Origin: an uncultured Methanosarcinales archaeon
Lineage (GTDB): Archaea; Nanobdellota; Nanobdellia; Woesearchaeales; SM23-78
Length of the DNA: 20,005 bases
NCBI GenBank assembly: GCA_964354085.1
Contig: CAYGYA010000010.1
Span: forward strand, 1-20,005
Direction of reading: 5' to 3'
Part shown: in pieces, positions 13,943 to 20,005 of the stretch
Layout of the letters: the number at the start of each line of letters is the position of its first letter
How positions within the stretch are numbered: position 1 is the first letter of the stretch
The notes under the pieces: generated by a model
The model's input: only the letters and a program-made list of their open reading frames with translations
What the model was told of the DNA's origin: nothing
The model's database searches: none
Program-made: the position numbers and the translations under genes

Positions 13943-14100
13943 TGCACCGGCTGGGAGTCGAACCCAGATATACGGCTTGGAAGGCCGCAGTCATTTATGG
14001 AACCTTTTTGCCAACCTCAACAAAAGCTTTGCTTTTGATGCTCAAAAACAAGCTTGTTTTTGTTGTTTCGCAAAAGGTTGAGCCATTAGACCACCGGTGC
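13943..14100 (-). tRNA. tRNA-Gly (UCC) with a roughly 86-nt intron in the D-loop (about 13995-14080)
   Basis: I folded the minus strand by hand:
- acceptor GCACCGG/CCGGTGC with discriminator A;
- D-stem GTC/GAC;
- anticodon arm GCGGC-CTTCCAA-GCCGT;
- variable loop ATAT;
- T-arm CTGGG-TTCGACT-CCCAG.

The D-loop TAATGG is interrupted after 14081. BHB reading: central helix ATGG/CCAT, 5' bulge CTC (14082-14080), 3' bulge AAA (13996-13994), and inner helix AACCTTTTGC/GCAAAAAGGTT. The intron also holds two internal hairpins, CAAAAACAAGCTTGTTTTTG and CAAAAGC-aaa-GCTTTTG. The mature length is about 72 nt. Confidence 0.8.
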
Positions 14101-14124
14101 GATACAAGAACTGAATTTGCCACT

Positions 14125-14135
14125 ATTAATAAAAG
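14125..14135 (-). promoter_or_regulatory. TATA-like box for tRNA-Gly
   Basis: On the minus strand, CTTTTATTAAT is centred about 30 nt upstream of the tRNA 5' end at 14100. Confidence 0.4.
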
Positions 14136-14158
14136 TTTTGGTTCAGATTTTATATAAT

Positions 14159-15970
14159 CTACTTTTGAAAGGTGTGTCTCTCGTTAAATGCATAGCCGCA
14201 TTTCCTGCAGTGCGACGCGTTCCTCTTATTCATGGTCCTGCACCTGGGGCAACGCTTTCTTCTTCTCCAGAATAACAGGAACAATATGGAAAGGATTAGT
14301 ACTATTATTATGGGTATGTACCACCAGGTAAATCCTTTTCTCAGTTCAAACCCAACTTGCTTTTCTTTAACCTTAATAAGAGCATGCTTTCTTTCACCAT
14401 AACGGGCTCGCACTTTGATTTCCGTATTATAGCCACGGGCGAAATCCTCTTCTGTGAGTTGTATCTTTATTTCAATAGTCTTTTTCTTTCCAGCACCAAT
14501 CAATTCAACAGCATCAGAAGCTACAGTAACATACTCGCCATTAACCCACATGTCAACTAGCTCTACGCTAACATAAGCATCAACAGGACCAATATTTTCA
14601 ATTGTTACATAGAAAATGCCTTTGCTCATGTCATAATAAATAGGGTCTACAATATTGATATCTGCAGAATCCATGATATTTATGGTTTCTATTGGGAAAG
14701 TGCCTCGCAGAGCATTTTCCAAGGAAGTTTTTGACTCTCCGTAAATAGTATATATATCAGCTGTTATGTTTCCTGCCATCTGGTCTTCTGTAAGTGGCTC
14801 TCTAGGGGTATAAACTATTGTTTTAGTTTCTCCGCCGTCAATAAATACTGTGTCATTATCACCAATCACTGCGAGAATATCGCCGTTTGCATTTTTTATC
14901 GTGATAGTTGACTTGAAATAAGAGGCGAGATCAGCATTATTTCTGTATGTAACCTCGAACTCGCCTGTGGCTTTGTTATAAGTTATCGATACAATACTCA
15001 TGCTTAGCTGATAGCTTGGCATTGGGAACCTGTCCAAATCCTCAACAGGATTAATCGTGCCTCCAGGAATCCTTGAGCCTCTTGCAAACTTGACAAATAC
15101 ACTAATCCCTAGCTGCCTTCTAATGGTTGTGGCAGAGCCAATCAGTTCATTACCAATCAGGACACCAATCTCGATCTTCTTATCCTTGATATAGCTCTGA
15201 ATCTCATCAGGAACATTATTTCGGCCAATAAAAAGCACAGGCTCCTTACCACTCATCATGCTCGCTTCTATGAATTCACCGTTTGTGAGAATTACCTGTT
15301 TTATGCTTCCAATTTCAGCAAACTTGTCAACAATCATTATGTTATTCTCAAATCTGCTGCCATTTGCACTGTTAATCGTCTCAGGACTGTACTGGGCTAG
15401 AGCAGTTCTTACTTCCCTGTTAACCTGGCCATAAACTATGATGCCCTGTATATTTTTTCCAGACAAAAAATCAGTTACATCACCTATATTCCTTCGGTCT
15501 GCGAACAAGACATAGTATTTGGCTTTTATAGCATAAGGAGCAACTGCCAATGCATTATAACCATAGGAGCGGTCAATAACTATGAATTTATTAATATCAG
15601 GCAATCTTTTAGCCAACTCTAGGTTAGCATTGTCAAATACAAGCTCCTGGGGGTTGGGGTAGCCTTTGCTTCTGATAAGTGACTCATAGCCCACCACAAA
15701 TGGGGTGTCAGCAGAAGTTATCACCTGGATTTCTTTATCCTGAGGTATCTCATAGAGCAATACCGGCCCGTGAGGAGTGCTTGTCAAAAAATAACCAGAA
15801 ATGCCAAGAAGATTTGCATACAGTAGAGTTGAATAAACATCCCCCCAGTCTGCTGAGTTAGATATGATTACATTTTGAGCTAATCCAAGAACAGGCATCA
15901 GAAGAATAAGAGCTAAGCTTATCAGAGTTAAGAATAGCTTTTTAGTGAATATATTGTTTTTTTCTTTCAT
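14159..15970 (-). CDS. Large surface protein: signal peptide, three CWB2-like alpha/beta repeats (tentative), beta-rich domains, a C-terminal TM helix and a cytoplasmic zinc ribbon
   Basis: 603-aa ORF.
- N-terminal signal: KKLFLTLISLALILLMPVLGLAQN.
- Three internally similar segments of about 90 aa (for example NALAVAPYAIKAKYYVLFAD...IIVYG and EASMMSGKEPVLFIG...GVLIG).
- CARDB/Ig-like beta-rich segments.
- TM helix: WWYIPIIIVLILSILFLLFW.
- Tail: RRRKRCPRCRTMNKRNASHCRKCGY (CxxC...CxxC). Confidence 0.75.
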   Translation of the reverse strand: MKEKNNIFTKKLFLTLISLALILLMPVLGLAQNVIISNSADWGDVYSTLLYANLLGISGYFLTSTPHGPVLLYEIPQDKEIQVITSADTPFVVGYESLIRSKGYPNPQELVFDNANLELAKRLPDINKFIVIDRSYGYNALAVAPYAIKAKYYVLFADRRNIGDVTDFLSGKNIQGIIVYGQVNREVRTALAQYSPETINSANGSRFENNIMIVDKFAEIGSIKQVILTNGEFIEASMMSGKEPVLFIGRNNVPDEIQSYIKDKKIEIGVLIGNELIGSATTIRRQLGISVFVKFARGSRIPGGTINPVEDLDRFPMPSYQLSMSIVSITYNKATGEFEVTYRNNADLASYFKSTITIKNANGDILAVIGDNDTVFIDGGETKTIVYTPREPLTEDQMAGNITADIYTIYGESKTSLENALRGTFPIETINIMDSADINIVDPIYYDMSKGIFYVTIENIGPVDAYVSVELVDMWVNGEYVTVASDAVELIGAGKKKTIEIKIQLTEEDFARGYNTEIKVRARYGERKHALIKVKEKQVGFELRKGFTWWYIPIIIVLILSILFLLFWRRRKRCPRCRTMNKRNASHCRKCGYAFNERHTFQK

Positions 15971-16132
15971 TACTGACCCTTTTCCTTAAACTCTTGTTTT
16001 TTGATTTGTCATATTTAAACCTTTTCATTTAACGAGCGGCATCTAACTACTGTCTAGTGCTTATTTTTGTGTAAACAAGCACAATAAATGGCGTTGTTCA
16101 AACACAGAAATTACGAAGCTCTCGATTAGGCT

Positions 16133-16215
16133 ATACTTACAAAATAGTATTAAATACTTACATATCTGTAAATAAACTGCTTAATAAAGACAAAATTTAT
16201 AAATAAATACTTACA
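16133..16215. promoter_or_regulatory. Three direct copies of ATACTTACA upstream of the dual-HTH gene
   Basis: Exact 9-mers occur at 16133-16141, 16154-16162 and 16207-16215, giving start-to-start spacings of 21 and 53 nt. Copies 2 and 3 share the 11-mer AAATACTTACA. The TATA-like TTTATAAATA (16196-16205) is about 27 nt upstream of the ATG at 16231. Confidence 0.4.
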
Positions 16216-16230
16216 ATAATAGATTATTCG

Positions 16231-16752
16231 ATGGAAAGAAAGGAGTTTTTTGTAAGTAAAGACCATTTAGAGTATGTCCTGTCTAATCAAGAGCTCACAA
16301 ATTCTTTTTCTGAAGAATACGAGACAACAGAAACCCCCTCTGTGTTCTACCTGAACATGAAATACACGGGCGAGATATACCTTCCCATCACTATTTTTCA
16401 AGGCAAGCTGACCCCATTCCAGGCCATAATAAAATACCTTAAAGAGCAGCTTAACCTGTCAAACAGGAAAATCTCTCACCTATTAAATAAGGATATAAAA
16501 GCAGTCTGGGCAGCATACCAACTAGGAAGAAAGAAACCTTTTCTGTTCAATGAAACCCCGATACAAGTACCTTTGAGCATTTTTAAAGACAAAAATCTCA
16601 GCAGCCTTGAAGCACTTGTGAGATTTCTAAAGAACCTAGATATGAATTATGCTGAAATTGCACGACTACTGAATAGGGACCAGAGAACAATCTGGACAGT
16701 ATATTCGCGAGCAAAAAAAAAGTTAGGATTAGTCGAGAATGAAAAAGAATAA
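16231..16752 (+). CDS. Small DNA-binding protein with two tandem sigma-70-region-4-like HTH modules
   Basis: 173-aa ORF with an internal duplication. PFQAIIKYLKEQLNLSNRKISHLLNKDIKAVWAAYQLGRKK aligns with SLEALVRFLKNLDMNYAEIARLLNRDQRTIWTVYSRAKKKL. The second module strongly resembles an ECF sigma region 4 or LuxR-type HTH. Confidence 0.7.
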   Translation: MERKEFFVSKDHLEYVLSNQELTNSFSEEYETTETPSVFYLNMKYTGEIYLPITIFQGKLTPFQAIIKYLKEQLNLSNRKISHLLNKDIKAVWAAYQLGRKKPFLFNETPIQVPLSIFKDKNLSSLEALVRFLKNLDMNYAEIARLLNRDQRTIWTVYSRAKKKLGLVENEKE

Positions 16753-17488
16753 CCTAGTTAATAGAATGAGGAAAGCGAACATTATCTTGTTACTTCTGGT
16801 AATATTAGCTATTATAATATTTACCAATAAGACATTTGTTTTAGCTGCGCCTCAAGGTGCAGCCATAACATTTAATAATACGGAGAACGCGACAACCCGA
16901 CCAGCAGATTCACACACAGCAGCAGGAGGATCATTCACAACACTCCTGCTTAATGTCACCTCGCAGACCAGCAAATGGAAAGCTTACCTGGGAAACGTAA
17001 CGGGAAAATTAACTTTAGATAACTCAAATAATAAGACGATATATGATTGGGCCTTAACTATTGTGCAAGGAGAGGTGTATGTTTCAAGAAACAATTCAAT
17101 CACCTTCAGCTCATTAGCCTGTGCAAATAGAGGGAATATAACTGCAGAAGACACTTACATGAATATTAATTCAAGTAGCGACGACAGCATCAATAAAACA
17201 TTTAACCAATCAATACACAGGTCATTTGTAATAGGAGGGACTGGAACTATTCAGAATAGTACCTGCCCGGCAATAGCCACCTATGTTAATGATTCCAACC
17301 AACCAGCAACTGAAAACGCTACTTTCCAGGAAATGTTCATGTCCGACGGAAGGAGTCCTGTCTTTGTAGCTCTCATTAATGATAACAGGATAGGTTATGA
17401 CCAAGGCCTATATGACTTCCAGATTATAGTTCCTGAAAATCCAACAGGAACTTTAACACCTTATTATTTCTACGCAGAACTAGGTTAA
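16739..17488 (+). CDS. Secreted, sequon-rich protein, paralog 1 (C-terminus YYFYAELG)
   Basis: 249-aa ORF whose start overlaps the upstream stop by 14 nt. It has a signal-like N-terminus (RKANIILLLLVILAIIIFTNKTFVLAAPQGA), about 13 N-x-S/T sequons and two conserved Cys. It is a clear paralog of 18461-19180 and 19256-20005. Confidence 0.8.
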   Translation: MKKNNLVNRMRKANIILLLLVILAIIIFTNKTFVLAAPQGAAITFNNTENATTRPADSHTAAGGSFTTLLLNVTSQTSKWKAYLGNVTGKLTLDNSNNKTIYDWALTIVQGEVYVSRNNSITFSSLACANRGNITAEDTYMNINSSSDDSINKTFNQSIHRSFVIGGTGTIQNSTCPAIATYVNDSNQPATENATFQEMFMSDGRSPVFVALINDNRIGYDQGLYDFQIIVPENPTGTLTPYYFYAELG

Positions 17489-17725
17489 TCTTAAGTAACA
17501 AATACTTGATTTTTCTAATTCTTAATTTTTAGCCCTTCTAGAATTGTAATTCAGTCTATAATTAATTAGTGTAATTTCTTTATTCTCTTATTTTATAGAT
17601 TTATTAAGTACAGTAGTTAACTAATAACCGAAACATTTAAATATCTGTGGTGATATTAGGCTTTCAATAGCTAAAAAACAATACTAGAATCAAGAAAATT
17701 ATCATACCAATACTGGAAGCCTATA

Positions 17726-17760
17726 AACAATTCCTGTCGCCTTGAAAAACAGGAATTGTT
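17726..17760. promoter_or_regulatory. Perfect 12-bp inverted repeat (AACAATTCCTGT-N11-ACAGGAATTGTT), candidate operator
   Basis: The arms are at 17726-17737 and 17749-17760. The repeat overlaps a TATA-like CTATAAAC (17721-17728) and ends 33 nt upstream of the wHTH gene ATG at 17794. Confidence 0.45.
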
Positions 17761-17793
17761 CATGATCAAAACCGTTGCAAGCAAAAAAACAAA

Positions 17794-18459
17794 ATGGAAC
17801 AAGAAACCCTTTTTACGGCCTCGAAATGGGACATCCTGAAGATTCTCTCTTCAGGCAGCAAATCCCCATTTCAGCTGGCAAAAATGTCCAGCACCTCTGT
17901 TGCAAACATAAGCCAACAGCTCCGACTTCTAGAAATGGCCGGCCTTGTTCAGAGCAAGAGGATTTCCAACAGAGACAAGGGCCAACCAAGGATTCTTTAC
18001 TCTCTGGTTGGAAATCAATCTTTCTTAATCGCGAGCACCAAGGATTTTGTAGACAAAAAGTTATTGAAGCTGAGCGAATACAATAAAGTCATACTCAAGA
18101 TCTGGTTCCTGGACAATCCTAAGCTTCACTATTATCTTGAAAAAGCTTTCTGGCATATAGAAGAAGCTCTCACTGAAAATGACGCGCTTCTTTTTGAAAC
18201 AAACAATTCAGATGACATCAGCCTAATAATAATATCAGACAGCCCCGAGCTAAAGCGAGGGTTGAAAAAAATATCAATAAAAAGCCCGGAGGGTGCTTCA
18301 AAAACAATTCTTTTCAATGTTAAAGCAAAATCAGAGTTAAAGAGACTTCCCAGCGCCTGTTATGTGCTTTATGACCCTTCTAGTCTTGTTGCTTTCCAAA
18401 AAGGTGAAGATGAAGAAAAGGATTTGATTAAAACAAAAACACGAGAGGTGAAGAGGTAA
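17794..18459 (+). CDS. Winged-helix (ArsR/TrmB-like) DNA-binding protein with an unknown C-terminal domain
   Basis: 221-aa ORF. SKWDILKILSSGSKSPFQLAKMSSTSVANISQQLRLLEMAGLVQSKR is a typical ArsR-type wHTH. The C-terminal roughly 130 aa are unassigned. The next gene starts 1 nt after its stop. Confidence 0.75.
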   Translation: MEQETLFTASKWDILKILSSGSKSPFQLAKMSSTSVANISQQLRLLEMAGLVQSKRISNRDKGQPRILYSLVGNQSFLIASTKDFVDKKLLKLSEYNKVILKIWFLDNPKLHYYLEKAFWHIEEALTENDALLFETNNSDDISLIIISDSPELKRGLKKISIKSPEGASKTILFNVKAKSELKRLPSACYVLYDPSSLVAFQKGEDEEKDLIKTKTREVKR

Positions 18460-18460
18460 A

Positions 18461-19180
18461 ATGAAATTTGAAGAATATATTAAAAAAATTGTTTTGTTAA
18501 TGATAGTTTTAGGATTACTATATACAGGAATAACATCAGTATTCGGAGTTCAGGGAGCAACAAGTGTGACTCCTGGTGCATCAAGCAGGGCTAGTTTTGT
18601 AAATTCATCCTCTGCTAGCACAGAAGTACAGGCAGGAAATGTGACTGAGCTGAATATTAGTGGCACTGCAGTGACCGAGCACTGGGCAGGCTTCTACGGA
18701 GAAATAACAGGAGACATCACCTTGGCAAATGCTGCTGGTAATGTGTTCTATAATTGGACAGGCCTTGGCTCAATAAGCGGCGAAGTGTTTGCCTCTACTG
18801 ACAATGCAGTTTCATGGAGTGGCATAGGTTGCGCTTCTGCTGGTGAACTTTCAACTATTGAAGGAATAATTGGGATTGCACCTACTGACGCAGATAGAAT
18901 CAACGCGACTTATACTACGACAGCTCATCCAGACTTTACTGTTGGCGGTGCATCAGTAAGCGGATGCGACAGCACCAATGCTTATACTGATACAGGGCTT
19001 GATGCCAGCTCATTTTACCAGGTATTGCTAACAGACACTCAGGGAGATGCTGTATATACCACTTTAATCAACGACTCTATTACAGGATTTAACAATGCAG
19101 CCCATGACTTTGAGTTATTGGTTGGAGAGCCTGACAGCGCAGGAGCAACTGCAATGTACTTTTACCTAGAGCTAGGCTGA
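18461..19180 (+). CDS. Secreted protein, paralog 2 (C-terminus MYFYLELG)
   Basis: 239-aa ORF with the signal-like KKIVLLMIVLGLLYTGITSVFGVQGA. The mature part is acidic, with no Lys and only two Arg, and has about 6 sequons and two conserved Cys. It aligns with paralogs 1 and 3, for example HWAGFYGEITGDITLANAAGNVFYNW with KWKAYLGNVTGKLTLDNSNNKTIYDW. Confidence 0.8.
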   Translation: MKFEEYIKKIVLLMIVLGLLYTGITSVFGVQGATSVTPGASSRASFVNSSSASTEVQAGNVTELNISGTAVTEHWAGFYGEITGDITLANAAGNVFYNWTGLGSISGEVFASTDNAVSWSGIGCASAGELSTIEGIIGIAPTDADRINATYTTTAHPDFTVGGASVSGCDSTNAYTDTGLDASSFYQVLLTDTQGDAVYTTLINDSITGFNNAAHDFELLVGEPDSAGATAMYFYLELG

Positions 19181-19255
19181 AAATAGCAGGAAAAATGAAG
19201 AGATTAATCCAATAACAAAAGCGATAACAAAAACTTTAACCACAGGAGGAATGTG

Positions 19256-20005
19256 ATGATGAATTATCAAAATAAAAAAACAAAAAACATTTTACTGCTT
19301 TGTTTTTCCACAATCATCATATTCAGTGGCCTATCATTTTACCTGGCTAATGCACTCCCTCAAGGAGCAACAATATCAGGGACGCCAACTGTGGACCCTG
19401 GCCCTAATCAAACAGCAGGCTACAGGCAGGACTTGGGTGGCAGAATTATAACTCTTAACCTTAATCTTGAGCAGCAAGATACTTCTTGGAAGGCATATGT
19501 AGGGAACGTTTCAGGAATGTATGTCTTGAAGAACTCAAACAACTATAGTATATATGAATGGCCTCTGGGGGCTACTATTACTGGTGAAATATATACCTCC
19601 AGAAACAATTCTGTGAATTTCACTACAGGAGCAATAACCTGCGCTAATAACTCAGAAATGGTGAGCGAACAGGGTTTTTTAGGAATGAATAATTCTGCTG
19701 TGGATAATATTAATAACACCTTTAACAGCACAAGCCACGCAGCGTTTAGCGCTGGCTATAACAACATTCCTCAGAATAATTGCTCATCAATAGCACTATG
19801 GGTTAATGATACTCAACAAGCACCTAGTTCCTCAGCTATCTTTCAGGAAGTAACCTTGCATGATGGTATTAATCTTATTTACGCCTCTCTTATAAACAAT
19901 GATCAGAAAGGATTTGATAATACAACCACTTTTGATTTTCAAGCCATTGTTGCTGAGAATCGTTCGAGCCCCACAGGAACTTCTTATTACTTTTACTTAG
20001 AGTTA
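19256..20005 (+). CDS. Secreted, sequon-rich protein, paralog 3 (3'-partial; runs off the window at ...YYFYLEL)
   Basis: This gene is not in the ORF track because no stop lies inside the window. I translated it by hand from ATG 19256, which has a GGAGGA Shine-Dalgarno at 19245-19250. The N-terminus reads MMNYQNKKTKNILLLCFSTIIIFSGLSFYLANALPQGATISG. It continues ...TSWKAYVGNVSGMYVLKNSNNYSIYEW...CANNS...NNCSS...ASLINNDQKGFDNTTTFDFQAIVAEN...SYYFYLEL. There are 250 complete codons with no stop. Confidence 0.8.
   Translation, partial: MMNYQNKKTKNILLLCFSTIIIFSGLSFYLANALPQGATISGTPTVDPGPNQTAGYRQDLGGRIITLNLNLEQQDTSWKAYVGNVSGMYVLKNSNNYSIYEWPLGATITGEIYTSRNNSVNFTTGAITCANNSEMVSEQGFLGMNNSAVDNINNTFNSTSHAAFSAGYNNIPQNNCSSIALWVNDTQQAPSSSAIFQEVTLHDGINLIYASLINNDQKGFDNTTTFDFQAIVAENRSSPTGTSYYFYLEL

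Noticed and set aside
13856-14157. ORFs 13856-14038 and 13942-14157 on the plus strand.
   Set aside because: They run antisense through the tRNA-Gly gene and its intron. The open frames arise from the GC-rich tRNA sequence, and the peptides show no coding features.
17775-18086. A 103-aa ORF overlapping the start of the wHTH gene in another frame.
   Set aside because: It starts at a TTG and its product is a basic, low-complexity peptide. The overlapping frame (17794-18459) has a clear ArsR-type wHTH motif and is coupled to the next gene.
1-20005. CRISPR arrays, transposases or IS elements, integrases, and toxin-antitoxin or known defence genes.
   Set aside because: Nothing recognisable was seen. 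There are no regularly spaced direct repeats and no DDE, tyrosine or serine recombinase motifs in any listed ORF. The only att-like signal is the 14-nt tRNA-Gly duplication, which is reported separately.

Overview
This is an AT-rich, archaeal-type chromosomal window. The evidence is A/T-rich TATA-like boxes about 27 nt upstream of several start codons (leaderless-style genes), an initiator tRNA with an A1:U72 pair, an archaeal-type RNase HII and an AbrB-PhoU regulator. Both tRNA genes carry introns at non-canonical positions with readable bulge-helix-bulge (BHB) motifs. A DPANN-like or other small-genome archaeal origin is my inference only.

The left half (1-9600) is housekeeping. It holds an unassigned GC-rich structured RNA candidate, tRNA-iMet, a tRNA-dihydrouridine synthase, the HtpX protease, a DUF1704/MATCAP-like metallopeptidase, RNase HII, a small unknown protein, SMC and an AbrB-PhoU-type regulator.

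The right half is accessory or cell-surface in character:
- A tightly coupled four-gene cassette (9681-11918) built from a duplicated two-gene module of unknown proteins. It ends in a guanylate-kinase-like P-loop protein with a CGCGC N-terminal domain. This is my best candidate for an undescribed system.
- A PIG-L deacetylase plus GT4 glycosyltransferase operon.
- tRNA-Gly(UCC) with a roughly 86-nt D-loop intron and a 14-nt duplication of its 3' end.
- A large surface protein with a cytoplasmic zinc-ribbon tail.
- A cluster in which DNA-binding proteins are translationally coupled to three paralogous, sequon-rich secreted proteins that end in a conserved YFY(A/L)ELG C-terminus.

I recognised no CRISPR array, transposase or integrase. 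All functional calls come from motif recognition by eye, and no database search was run.
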